A stretch of DNA of 64,000 bases from contig NC_042998.1 in the NCBI RefSeq assembly GCF_006345805.1, positions 132,804,001-132,868,000 on the forward strand, given 5' to 3'. The translations under genes were made by a program, and so were the position numbers. Below the pieces are notes generated by a model, which saw nothing but the letters and a program-made list of their open reading frames with translations, was not told where the DNA came from and did not search any database. Positions 1-12,879 of this stretch are shown in pieces. Every line of letters begins with the position of its first letter. The stretch's first letter is position 1. This DNA comes from Octopus sinensis (lineage: Eukaryota).

Positions 1-40
1 TCTGCATGTGTGTGTGTCTGTGTGCGTATGTATGTGTGTA

Positions 41-87
<47 letters not shown>

Positions 88-390
88 GCGTGCGGCATAA
101 ACAAACATTCTTGCTTGAACCTATGCATACATGTGTGTGCTGCCAGAGATGGCTTGTAATAAAACCGTATCATTAAGGCGTTATGCAGTGCGTCAAGTGC
201 TTCAGTTAGTTTATATACAACAATGAATAGATCCAATTAAATGGCAGGATTAGGAAGGTAGCTTAGAATTTTTTTTTTAAATGGTCGACAAAAAAATTGA
301 ATTAAATAATCAGTATTTAAGTTGAAACTAATGATATGAAATGGGCTAAATGAAAGTAACAGTTTTCGAGGACTATTATATTACTGCAAA

Positions 391-445
<55 letters not shown>

Positions 446-562
446 TAACTTAGTTTATGTGCGCACATTCGTGCATACACACGCACTTACACGCATACAT
501 GTATGTATGTATTCTTCTACACACACACACATATATATAAATATACACACATATACATACAT

Positions 563-593
<31 letters not shown>

Positions 594-617
594 CATATAC
601 ATACATACATACATACA

Positions 618-653
<36 letters not shown>

Positions 654-770
654 TACATAGATTTCCCTATATCATTATATATGTGTGTGTGGCGTGCGTA
701 AATATTTGTGTGTACGTGTGTGTGCATGTGTGTGTGTGTGAGTGTGCGTGCGTGCGTGTGTGTGTGTGTA
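1..770. repeat. Compound microsatellites (TG)n, (TA)n, (TACA)n, interrupted by unique DNA at ~95-390
   Basis: Directly visible tandem di/tetranucleotides; source of the MYVC/YIYI ORFs. Confidence 0.95.
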
Positions 771-964
771 AATGTGGTTATATGTTTCTTTTTTTTTTGT
801 ATTTCAATAAGTGCTCAATAAGTGCTCCCACCAAGTTGTGGGTTCACCAACACTCTGAACAGTAAGTCATTTTATAGTCATTTGCATCGACTACAATTAC
901 AATTACAGCTACTGCTGCTTCTGTTACAGCCGTTGTTCTTTGTTGTTGTTGTTGTTATTGTTGT

Positions 965-1017
<53 letters not shown>

Positions 1018-1294
1018 TTATTGTCAATTCTAAATGTGAAACTGTAGCGTAATACTCCTCTTTTACCGAATGGCATTTGGTAAACGTCCCCTTCGTATGT
1101 TTTTGCAAAAAGAAAAAAATAATAATAATAATGATAAATAAATAAATAAATAAATAAAACAAGAAGAAAAAAGAGGAAAAGAAACGTTATTTTAATGAAA
1201 CAGAAGCTAATTTCAAGTGATGGCTTAATATTATTTTCTTATTCCATATTAGCGATGGGAAACAGTATTAGTTCCGAACACTAATAGTGGATAT

Positions 1295-2092
1295 ATTCTT
1301 TTCTCCTCTAGGGACAAGGCCTGAAATTTTTAGGGAGGGGCCCAGTCGATTAGATCGACTCAGTACGCAATTGGTATTTAATTGATCGACCCCGAAAGGA
1401 TGAAAGGCAACGTTGACCTCAGTGGAATTTGAAATCAGAACGTAATGGCAGACGAAATACCTATTTTTTACTACTCACAAGGGGCTATACACGGAGGGGA
1501 CAAACAAGGACAGACAAAGGGGTTAAGTCGATTATATCGACCCCAGTGAATAACTGGTACTTAATTTATCGATCCCGAAAAGATGAAAGGCAAAGTCCAC
1601 CTCGGCGGAATTTGAACTCAGAACATAAAGACAGACGAAATACCGCTAAGCATTTCGCCCGGCGTGCTAACGTTTCTTATTTATTTATTGCCCACAAGGA
1701 GCTAAACATAGAGGGGATAAACAAGGACGGACAAAGAGATTAAGTCGATTACATTGACCCCAGTGCATAACTGGTACTTAATTTATCGATCCCGAAAAGA
1801 TGAAAGGCAAAGTCGACCTCGGCGGAATTTGAACTCGGAACGTAAAGACAGACGAAATACCTGTTTCTTTACTACCCACAAGGGGATAAACACAAAGAGG
1901 ACAAACAAGGACAGACAAACGGATTAAGTCGATTATATCGACCCCAGTGCGTAACTGGTACTTATTTAATCGACCCCGAAAGGATGAAAGGCAAAGTCGA
2001 CCTCGGCGGAATTTAATCTCAGAACGTAGGAGCAGACGAAATACCGCTAAGCATTTCGCCCGGCGTGCTAACGTTTCTGCCAGCTTGCCGCC
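1295..2092 (-). mobile_element. Head-to-tail tetramer of tRNA-derived SINE family A
   Basis: Four units share gtcgacctcggcggaatttgaactcagaacgta. On the minus strand the head reads GGCGGCAAGCTGGCAGAAACGTTAGC (A-box-like), with B-box-like GAGTTCAAATTCC in internal units. GTGGATATATT flanks both ends (1287-1297, 2101-2111). Confidence 0.9.
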
Positions 2093-2514
2093 ATCTTAAC
2101 GTGGATATATTGTAAGAAAGCTAGAAAGCTACAATACTGCGATATATGTTGAGAAGACATATCGTATAAACGCATAACGGTGCTGCTGGAAACTATTCGT
2201 CTACGACGCTACTGCTCTAGACGAATACCACAGTATTGTGGCTTTCTAATTGTAAACACGCCTGTTTATTTTCTTATAGTATACCATGTACTATGTCCCA
2301 CGATTTAGATATATGTAGAAACTGGTGATTCTGTGTTAAATTATGGAAATTACTAAAGAAGGTGAAAACGTCTATAATGAAATTACATTGGACCTTGGCA
2401 CATCATCAGCCATATTTCTGCTCACTGATAACATGACGCTTTACTTATATTCTTATCCAGAGAAAGGATTTTTGGAACATACATATAAAATATATGTATT
2501 CTGCCTGGATTAAA

Positions 2515-3138
2515 TATTGATCTCAAATTTTGGAACAAAGCCAGTAATTTTGGTTGGGTTAGGGTGCTTGTCGATTAAGTGGTACTTATTTTATCAACCT
2601 TGACGGGATGAAAGACAAAGTCAACCTCTGCAAACTTTGAACTCAGGACGTAAAGACGAACGAAATGTCGCTAAGCATTTTGCTGGCGTGCTAGCGATTC
2701 TTTTCTACTTTAGGCACAAGGCCCGAAATTTTTTTAGGGAGGGGCCTGTCGATTAGATCGACTCCAGTACGCAGCTGGCATTTGATTTATCGACCCTGAA
2801 AGGATGAAAGGCAAAGTCGACCTCGGCGGAATTTGAACTCACAACGTAACGCAGACGAAATACCGCTGAGCATTTCGCCCGGCGTGCTAATGATTCTACC
2901 AGCTCGTCGCCTTAACGTGAATTAAATATTGATTTCAAATTTTGTTACAAGGTCAGCAAGTTTGGGGAAGTGGGGTCTAGTCGATTACATCGAACCCAGT
3001 GCCCAACTTATTTTATAGATTCTGAAAGGATTAAGGCTAAGTCGAATTCGGTGGAATTTGAACCCAGAACGTAGAGATGGACGAAATGCTACTAAGCATA
3101 ATGTTCGGCGCGCTAACGATTCTGTCAGTTCGTTGCCT
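2515..3138 (-). mobile_element. Three further SINE family A copies (old+young dimer, then an old copy)
   Basis: Same core ggatgaaaggcaaagtcgacctcggcggaatttgaactc with increasing divergence. Confidence 0.85.
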
Positions 3139-3139
3139 T

Positions 3140-3500
3140 TCCCAAACACATGGTTCCAGGTTCGTTCCCACTGCATGGTGCCTTGGGCAGGTGTTTGCTA
3201 CTATAGCCTCGGGCCGACCAAAGCCTTGTGAGTGAATTTGGTAGACTGAAACTGAAAGAAGCCCGTCGTATATATATATATGCATTTGTGTGTCTGTGTT
3301 TGTCCCCCCATCATCGCTTGACAACCGATTTTGATGTGTTTACGTTCCGTAACTTAACGGTTTGGCAAAAAATCCCGATAGAATAAATACTAGGCTTACA
3401 AAGAATAAAACCTGGGGTCGATTTGTTCGACTAAGAGTGGTGCTCCAGCGCGGCCGCAGTCAAATGACTGAAACAAGTAAAAGAATAAAAGAATGAAAGA
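3140..3500 (+). mobile_element. tRNA-derived SINE family B (CORE-like ccttgggcag motif, aagaat tail)
   Basis: ggttcgttcccactgcatggtgccttgggcagg...ggtgctccagcgcggccgcagtcaaatgactgaaacaagtaaaaga recurs about ten times in the window. Confidence 0.85.
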
Positions 3501-3754
3501 ATAAAATAAATACCCACCTTCATCCATTGTGAAGTACCTTCCCAATGAGGTGCTACTGCGCTGAAGGGAAGAACGTAAAGATGGACAAAATGCCGCTAAG
3601 CATTTTACCGGTGTGCTTAACGATTCTGCCAGTTCACCGCCTTAACGTTAATTAATTATCATATTTCTTAAACAATTATGACACCTTAAATACCCAACAT
3701 CATCAATAGCAACTCCTGGGTATTTACTAACCAACTGTTTTTTTTTTTTTTTTT

Positions 3755-3925
3755 TTTTCTACTCTAGGCACAAGGCCTGAAATTTTGGGGGAAGGGGCTA
3801 GTCAACTAGATCGAGCCCAGTACGCAACTGGTACTTAATTTATGGACCCCGAATGGATGAAAAGCAAAGTCGACCTCTGCGGAATTTGAACTTAGAACGT
3901 AAAGACAAACGAAATACTGCTAAGT
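3755..3925 (-). mobile_element. SINE family A, 5'-truncated
   Basis: tctactctaggcacaaggcc...gtcgacctctgcggaatttgaac. Confidence 0.85.
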
Positions 3926-4902
3926 ATTACAGCCACACTACTCTCATCATTGTCATCCTTGCATTTTCGCTTTGTATTTTTTAAACATTTAAACATCTTA
4001 TTTATGTTTTTTATCTCTTTATATTTATCTGTTTCTTCTTATTTATTATTGCTATCCTTGTCAATGCGTCAATGTTGTCTCTGCTGCTACCAATTCCGTT
4101 ATTCTTGTGATTACTGTTGTTCGTATTTGTTATTAGTATTGTTGATATTGTTATTTGTGTATTTTTTGTTTTTGAATATTACCTACTGTTATTTCTTTAC
4201 TATGTTGTTTATACAAGTCTTAGGTTATATAAGCACCATTTTTGGAATCTACCAGCCTGACAGCAATGTGCACCAATGTATTTATCCAACTGTTTGCGGT
4301 TGGTGGACTTCATTGACTACTTTTAGTTAACAAGAAATAAATAAAAAACAAAACAGATTTTTGAAAGATTACACAAGGATAAAATAAAACATTTCAGTAT
4401 ACCAGAGTGAAGTTCTGGTACGTAGCAAAACAACATGGTAAAAAAAATAACAATAAAAACGGACAGCAACAACAATAACAACAAAAATATCAATAATAGC
4501 GACAACAGCAACTATAACAACAGCAACATGAACAACAAAATTAATGCCGGAATTGCAATGAAGAAACAAACAAACAAACAAACAAAACAACATAGCGATA
4601 AAAACAAATAAAAGAAAAGGTAATGGAAAAGATGAGAAGAAAGGCTGGAAATCATAACAAAATAAGCAACAACAACAACAACAACAACAACTATAACGGT
4701 TAACAATAAAAATAACAAAAAAAAAACAACCACAAATCCGATTGTATACCGTAGTTAATCTAACGTATTTTGGGCCAAACTACAAATAAGTAAAACGAAA
4801 CAAACTCCAGTAAAGCTATCTACAAATTAAAAAGAAAAACAAACATGACGGACAAATAAATCTGAGAATAGGAATACTAACACTTTCAATAATAACAATA
4901 CA

Positions 4903-5136
<234 letters not shown>

Positions 5137-5700
5137 AAATGCGCTGATGCAGTACCAGGCAGTGGCTCTCTTGGCTTCTGATCTTAACTGATTGGAAGTG
5201 CTATCATGTACATTGTTTTGTCTTGGTATACAAGATGGGCTACAGCAAACATTCTGCTCAATACCACAGATTTGCTTGTCAGTTGTTTGACCTTAACCAG
5301 TTGAGCATGTCCCTTAGTGGCTGACAATATGTGCACCTCTGATCACGAGCAGAAGTAGTAGGGGAGTATCGAGTATCATAGTCATGTGTTAAGAGGAATT
5401 CTTAGGGGTTTGGATAATTCACCTTTGGAAATATGGGTGTTTCGTCCAACATCCTTAAACAACCCGTATTCAGGGATCTTTTGGGTGGTATGGGCTACTC
5501 GACGTTAAGAAAATTCTAGATGGGCCCCACCTGTAAGGTCATGCGCTATTTATCTTGATATGAGATCACCATGTTTCGCGCATGTTTGTGATGCATGTGC
5601 CTGGTGTACCCTTATCAGACGGGTAGTCATGATGGGTATACTGGGCTTCGAATATTTTACCCCAGTGTCACTTTGATGGCATGCACTGCTCTCTCACTCA
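5137..5700 (+). mobile_element. ~560-bp non-coding retroposon with (TAA)n tail (family C)
   Basis: Starts aaatgcgctgatgcagtaccaggcagtgg and ends ctgctctctcactca-(ata)n; four copies in the window. Confidence 0.85.
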
Positions 5701-5706
5701 ATAATA

Positions 5707-5742
<36 letters not shown>

Positions 5743-5753
5743 TAATAATAATA

Positions 5754-5786
<33 letters not shown>

Positions 5787-5788
<2 letters not shown>

Positions 5789-5910
5789 CATGGAACAAAT
5801 AGGTGCTGCAATAAGGATGGAACACTTGTAGAAAACAGCATTGCTTGGAACTGCTCGAATACTCCCGATGGTGCTCGAAAAACAAGGGGTGTTACCTTAG
5901 TTCACTGGTA
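5787..5910 (+). mobile_element. 3' end of R4/Dong-like (RLE) LINE
   Basis: Translates EHL*KTALLGTARIL, matching the R4/Dong C-terminal LQK.ALLGTARILR motif; starts in (TAA)n. Confidence 0.75.
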
Positions 5911-6919
5911 GTACATACTGGGTACGCAATAGTTGTGGTAGAGGAAGGTATTCTCAGGAGAACTTGTCGGGGATTGATGTCGAATTTTAGGTTTAAAGAT
6001 GTCAGGCTGAGATTGATTGAAGTACCTTTATGCTACACATTCTGAAAGGCATACAACAACATTTTGGCTAGGAACAGGAAGAAAACATTTTGAAATAAGA
6101 AGTATATTTTCAAACTACGAAAATAAAATTTACGATGTTTTCTGTTGTATAATGCGTACACTTTTCTTTTAAAATAACATTAAAAAATTTTCCTTATGTG
6201 ACATTTTAAAGATGCCTTTTAAGTAAAAATTATTTTCCTGAGAAATCAACTTTTTCCTAATTAATTTTTATGGAAAAGCAAACATTTTTTATAACAAAGA
6301 ACTTTTTCAAAAGTGCTTGTGGAACGTTGACAATTGTGACATATTTATATATGGTAATTGCACAGTAAAAAACTTAAAGAATTGAATTTAAAAGAACATT
6401 TTCAAATAAAAGTAAACATTTTTTGAATAAAAAGTAATAAAAAGGCTATTCATATATTTTTCTGCAAACATGTTTGATCTGTAGATATACTTTAAAGAAC
6501 TTTTTTCAAAGAATTTCTTATTGTAGCTTTGCACTTGCATAACTTGTTACCGAGAGAAACTCGGATCCTGTTGAAAAAAAAGCATATACATGTACCATTG
6601 AATTTTAGATCAAGATACCATTTCGCTTGCTTAATTTCCATCAAAACAAATTGCTACGATAGTTTGGATTAACCACCATGTCGATAATCTGATCTGAAAA
6701 CGTTAGGGTTAATTTGATTTGCTGTCAACGGCAATCCAGTTATCAGGTTTTTTTTTATCCTCGACATTATATAATGGATTTGCTCTCTTCATAATGTTCC
6801 TTAGGTTCTGCCTAACATTAAAACCATCAAGATGAATTAAATCGCCTAACATGAAATATTGTCGCCATACTTTCAAAAAAGTGGGAGATTTAACAGAAAA
6901 TCATGGCATAATAGATGCA

Positions 6920-6979
<60 letters not shown>

Positions 6980-8374
6980 GAGAGAGAGCGTATCTTTAAC
7001 CGTAAGATGGTATTGAAAGCCAGGAGCGGCAATGTCACAGCTGATTAACTGTTTCATACAAATATTTCTATATTGACATTTGAAATTCTGGATAATTCAA
7101 TGGTCCATTAGTTGTATGGGAGAAGCGAAGTTGAATGATAAATAACCTGAAACTTAGATTCGCAGGAATAAGGACATACTTTATCATAGCGAAAGACACA
7201 ATTAGTATCTAAAGGCTTACTCATGCCCTGTTAATTAGGTGGAACTGCAGGTGCAAATTCAAATACTAACCAGTTTAGAAAAAGTTCTTTATCAATTCAT
7301 ACATTCTTTTGGGCTTCATAATAGAGTCATGAATCTCTTATTCTCTTCAAGAGGCAAGGACGAAAGAACATATCGAAGATTAAAAGCATTATCCTATGTG
7401 TGTCAGATGCATTTGCGCATGAAAAGACTGTTAGTTGTTTTCTTTTTTATGCCCGAAATTCCACCAGTTATTGTTTCATTGAAATTTGCCAGTGATCTGG
7501 TTGATAAACATTTCTAGTAAAGGCCATTTTCATCAGGATTGGGTCGCCATCACGATATCTGTTTTAAACACTTCGGAGTCTGCCATCAATAAAGGCTCCA
7601 CTCTATCTTGAATATCAAACAGAATTGCATAACCAACAGTACTCTTCCAGAAACGGCCAACTGTCGAAGCATAAAATCAACCATGATGAAACACCGGCTA
7701 CGATGGTTAGAACATGTGGCTTGAATGAAAAATGAGAGATTTCTTCTTCAGAACCCTCTTCAGTGAATTAATCACCGAAGATGATCTTTCCGCCATAGCT
7801 ACGACGAACTAAAACCAATCTTGAAATTTGCTGGAACTAAGACAAAAACGGGGTAAAATGAAGTATAGTTTAAAATTCAGATTTGCTAATCGAACAGGCG
7901 TACAAATATAATTGTATGGACTAAATGGCTCACAACGATTATCCCCAGTCGATTTACTAAGGCAAGTTACGTCCTACAGAATGCTCAACAAAGTATTCGC
8001 CTGGATTTTACTATCCCTGTTCCTTTGTGCATGCACACAGGTAAAAGTATTTTTTAAAGGCTCAGATCAAAATGCATCTCGATGCAAACATTACTTTATG
8101 TAATTGACGAAGTGCACAACATTGGGAATGGTGTTATTACAAATGTAATGGGTTCCAAACTATGCTAAAGACATACGTTGAAAAAGATTCAGGAATGAAT
8201 ATTGAAGCCATTTATAAGTATATTATAACTAATGAATTGATTTCCAGGAAACACAAGTTACATGACTGTTGCATATTTAATACATCAACGCAATGCAAAT
8301 ATCAACTTGCAGACACTCCATTAACGAGTGAGAAAGAAAGAGTGAGCTTTTCTTTCTCTCATCCTCTTTGTCTG

Positions 8375-8950
8375 TCACACACAACATGACCTTCTGTTCA
8401 AACCGCCCTTGTTTGACAACAGATTCTGAAGCCTGCTCGGAACGAAGCCGCTGATTTCTCTTACTAGGATTACGAAAATAAATCCATTTTTCATCCTCAG
8501 TTACAATAAGATACCAAAAACGGACATCTCGACCTTTTTTCCGGCAGTGGTATGCAAGTATTCATACATTGTCGAGCCTGGTCATCGGTCATTTGATGAG
8601 GGACTTCTCGGCATCCTTTGTTCACAAAGTCGAGCTTATGGAGATGTCGACTGAAGGTGCATTGTGAAAGATTATGTTCTGCCGACCATGTGCTTGTGCT
8701 CATGCTTGGATGTTGTTCAACCATTTTAAGCAAGGCCTCATCTTTCACAACAGGAAGTCTCTATGAGTTTGTTTTCGACATTGGTGTCACCTTCCTTGAA
8801 ATGGCTGAAACAGTTCTGTGCCTCACGTTCATTGACAGTTCCTACAACTTCCAGATCATTATTTTCTTTTGTTGCTACCTTTGTATTCAGTCCATTTTTC
8901 CACGGGTAGCGTAAAATACCTCCAATTGCAAGTTTTTCACGAACTCGTTA
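8375..8950 (-). mobile_element. Decayed mariner transposase
   Basis: HTH ..SRHLHKLDFVNKGCREVPHQMT (WVPHEL-like), then frameshifted IVTEDEKWIYFRN...QKVMLCV (first catalytic D region). Confidence 0.85.
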
Positions 8951-9134
8951 TCTTTTAAAATAAACAATTAATGTATACATGTTATATGTGAAAAAAAAGT
9001 CTGTAACGATTGGAGGACAAGTTGTATCAAATTAACGATATAACAAGGAAATACAAGTTGCCAAAAATCATCAGTGAAGATCAAAAAACGTATTTTGACA
9101 CAACCTGGCACACACACGCACACACACACACACA

Positions 9135-9335
9135 TCTTTTATCTTTTTCTTACTTGCTTCAGTCATTAGACTGCGGCCATGCTGGGGCACCACCTTGAAG
9201 AAATTTTAGTCGAGTAAATCAACCTTAATACTTTGTTTGAAGCCTGGTAATTATTCTATCGATTTACTTTGCTGAGCCGCTAAGTTACGGAGGGGTAAAC
9301 ACACCAACACCAGTTGTCAAGAGGTGGTGGTGGAA
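9135..9335 (-). mobile_element. SINE family B 3' part
   Basis: tacttgcttcagtcattagactgcggccatgctggggcaccacc is the reverse complement of the family B tail. Confidence 0.8.
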
Positions 9336-9402
9336 AAACAAATACGCGCGCGCGTGCTCACACGCATAAAGGTCATTATCTTGCCGATCTCATCTTCATC
9401 AC

Positions 9403-9448
<46 letters not shown>

Positions 9449-9549
9449 GAGCTACACAATAGTAACATCCTACCAGAAACGATCGCGTTATCTTCTTCAT
9501 TCAGCATCTTATCGTCTTAGAAAATAAAATCGCATTTTAGGTTACATTT

Positions 9550-9725
9550 CATCCGTTTTCATGTACTGCGTTTAAATTCCACCGAGATCGACTGTGCCTT
9601 TCATTCTTTCGGCGGGGTTGGGGTAGGAGCTGATAAAATAAGTACCTGATGAAAGGCACATTCGATGTAATCGACCTAACCCTCCACCACAAAATTCCTG
9701 CCCTTGTGACAAAACTTGAAGTCAT
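9550..9725 (+). mobile_element. Diverged SINE family A copy
   Basis: aaattccaccgagatcgactgtgcctttcattctttcgg...gataaaataagtacc. Confidence 0.7.
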
Positions 9726-10248
9726 TATTATAATCATTTTATTGTCTTTACACAGCTTCTAACGCGGAGATGTACTACGGTGTTATAATCGAGTGTTTGT
9801 GTGTTTGCGAAATGTAATAGGGTATGTTATAAAATGTTGAAATGCTATTTGGCATGTTGCATGCCTTGAAGCGTTACACAGTTATGGTGTTTGAATGTTA
9901 AGGCGCTGTGTTTGATAGTAGTTGTATGTGTAATATGATGGGAGAGTTATTGAGATCGGATGCGGTATATATGTGTGTGTTCGAGCATGTTTGCGTATTA
10001 TGTATGCATATATTGCATGTATGTATGTATGTATGTATGTATGTATGTATGTATGTATGTATGTATGTATGTATTGGCCAACATGTCCGTTCGATTTTTG
10101 GTGACACTAGACTTCAAGCACTTTAATAAGTTACTAACTTCAATCTGTCCTTTGTGCATCTGCAATCGTTAGGTACTTAACACTTCAACGTAGTTCAACG
10201 TGATGAGGCAGAGTGTATGTGTTTTGTGTGTTTGGAGTCACTCAGAAA

Positions 10249-10728
10249 ATGGAGAAGCGAAACAAACATTACCGATACCTCATGCTCTTTTTTATTTTAA
10301 AAAAGAAAGTGGGGCAATAAAGCGGTGGAGACCTACAGGAAGATATGTACTGTCTAGAGAAAGGATACTGTGAAGCAACGTGTGTACCAGGAGTGGTTTT
10401 CTAGATGTCAATCGAGATATTTTTCCGTTCAAAATGCACCTCACTCTGATCAGCCAACTGAGAGTAACAGCAACACCAACCCCTGTTATACGATCAGAAT
10501 GATTGCAGATATTCCCCGGATAACCAAATCGAATATTGACAAAGATCTGCATCAACTTGGTCAGGTTAGCAGGCTCGATGTTTGGGTTCCTCATCAGTTG
10601 AATTCACCCAAAAGATTCCCATCTGCGATTCGTGACAGAAACGTGAAAAAAATTTCGAGTTCAATAACAGCGAAAATGAAGCTGGACCTTTAAGGGAAGG
10701 CTTCTCGCTCGGCAGTGGTTCAGTAAAG
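10249..10728 (+). mobile_element. Decayed mariner transposase (N-terminal half)
   Basis: MEKRNKHYRYLMLFYFKK..., QEWFSR..., LHQLGQVSRLDVWVPHQL (WVPHEL motif). Confidence 0.85.
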
Positions 10729-11465
10729 ATGCAGACTGACCACAGATGTTATCCTAAAACAGCATCAGCAGATAATAGAGCAAGGAGAGGGAAATGGACC
10801 GGCGAAGGAAACAGGACAGTGATGCAATGCTACTTAGAAAGTGAACCTAAAAGAAGGGGCTATAGAAAACGGATGTTAATACTTTGGGTAGAGAAGGGTA
10901 TGTGTAAAGTGACTGAAGAGAGATTAGTTGATCAAGCTAATGCTATTAGGAGAAAGTGAATGACACAATTGGAGGTAGAAGTGATCACAAGAGAACTAGA
11001 AAAGAGCAGGCAGTAGGAAAGACAAACAACAACATAAGAGATAAAGCACAAACCAAAGAAGAACCTAAAGGGAAAAATAATAATAGCGCTACCAATAAGG
11101 AAGGCACGACTGGTACAAGCGACTTGAATGATTTAAGTGAGGAAGATGAGTTGCAGGAAGTAATGAGTAAACAAGTAAGAATGAAGCTGCTAGAAATGAC
11201 TAGGAAAGTAGATTCTGTTATCAGTTGGATAGATACTAAAAATATAGGAGACATTAATTTACTGATCTATGCAGGAGAGGTAGTAGTAACCAGAAGATTA
11301 GATATCTCACAGGGAAAGATTAAAAAAGAGCAAATATGGAAAAGGAGATTACAAAATAAAGTGAAGATTTTAAGACACTGAATAGAATAGAAGCCTTGAA
11401 ACTGAACAGTTAGGAAACACAAGTAGCAAATCTTCTCTTGGGAAAAGATACTTAGTCAAAGATAA
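10729..11465 (+). mobile_element. 5' ORF fragment of R4/Dong-like LINE
   Basis: KWT...VMQCYLESEPKRRGYRKRML..W..KGM..VTEERLVDQANAIRRK and NLLIYAG..V...WKRRLQNKVK, typical R4/Dong N-terminal region; frameshifted. Confidence 0.75.
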
Positions 11466-11468
11466 AAG

Positions 11469-11926
11469 ATAAAAGATGGGCTACAGCAAATATTCTGCTC
11501 AATACCACAGATTTGCTTGACCTTAATCCGTTGAGCATGTCCCTTGACGGCTGATGATATGTGCATCTCTGATCATGAGCAGAGGTAGTGAGGGAGCATC
11601 ATAGCCTTGTGTTTAGAGGAATTCTTTGGGATTTGGATAATTCACCTTTGGAAACATGAGGGTTTCGTTCATCATGCTTAAACAACCCTTATTCGGGGGC
11701 TTTTTTGAGCGGGATGGGCTACTCAACCTGAAGAAAATTCTAACTGGGCCCCACCTGCAATGTCATGCGCTGTTTATCTTAATATGAGATCACTATGTCG
11801 CGCACATATGGCTGTGATGCATGTGCCTGGTGTACCCTTATCAGACGGGTGGTTATGATGGGTATACTGGGCTTCATATATTTTACCCCAGTGTCACTTT
11901 GATGACATGCACTGCACTCTCACTCA
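11469..11926 (+). mobile_element. Family C retroposon, 5'-truncated, (TAA)n tail
   Basis: Aligns by eye to 5230-5700. Confidence 0.85.
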
Positions 11927-11990
11927 ATAATAATAATAATATAATAATAATAATAATAATAATATAATAATAATAATAATAATAATAATA

Positions 11991-12243
11991 AAATGGGAAT
12001 AGTGGGAATGATAAAGAAGGGACCTGAGAAGTATATTAAGCAACTCCCTGAACTACAAAAGATAACCTTGATGGGTACAGCCCATATACTACGAAAAGCA
12101 CTTTCCATTTAAAATGGAATAAATGTGGTGATAATTTTAGCAGGCATAGCAAAGCAAAAGTGCCCTTGCAACTCTTGGCCTCCAGAGGATACCCGGCAGT
12201 TGAAGTAAAGTTATAATGAAAGGAAACCGCAAATAATAATAAT
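11991..12243 (+). mobile_element. 3' end of R4/Dong-like LINE with 3' UTR and TAA tail
   Basis: GMIKKGPEKYIKQLPELQKITLMGTAHILRKALSI*. Confidence 0.8.
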
Positions 12244-12248
12244 GGTGG

Positions 12249-12287
<39 letters not shown>

Positions 12288-12559
12288 CTTTTATTAACCA
12301 CAGGGGCATGGATGAGGTAGCATCTCAAGGACAGACAACAATTTGTGTGGGGATTTAAGTAAAGGATGGAGAGAAAGAAACGGAAAGGACAGTGAAATGC
12401 AATAAAACTATACGAAGTATGTGATAAAATGAATGATGCGGTTCTCCTGATACAGGAGAAACTCCAACTAAGGTCAATCAAGGAACCTCACAGATCCAGA
12501 ATTACTCTGACCAGCAAAGGCACGACTTCTCTCACATGATCTCCAGTCTACGGGCACAT

Positions 12560-12875
12560 ATTCGCCAGACTTCACGGTCCATCATAGCATTACGGAGGTC
12601 TTGTTGCTGGATGCCTGTATCCCTGGAAATTACATCAGGGTAGGAGAGTGTGCGCCCTCTGGTATTGCGAGTAGATGGCTTCCAGGGGAGAAGAGTAGAA
12701 ATTGCCTCGTATTCAGTTCTACAACAATGTCCAGCAAACTGGACTATCCTACCTTTCACAAGAGATGATACAGGTGATAGTTTTCCATATAGTTGTATTT
12801 TGGTTGGATGACGCTTCCACGAGAGATTTTTGAGCTCTCATGAGGCGCGTGTAAGTTCCATCCAACCGCCTCTCT
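12560..12875 (-). mobile_element. C-terminal part of RTE-like LINE RT ORF
   Basis: ERRLDGTYTRLMRAQ..SWKRHPTK.QLYG...VQFAGHC...AMMDREVWR. Confidence 0.85.
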
Positions 12876-12879
12876 TAGT

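Noticed and set aside
1295-3138. CRISPR-like repeat/spacer array
   Set aside because: Units are ~200-bp SINE copies with related tails; eukaryotic context, no cas genes
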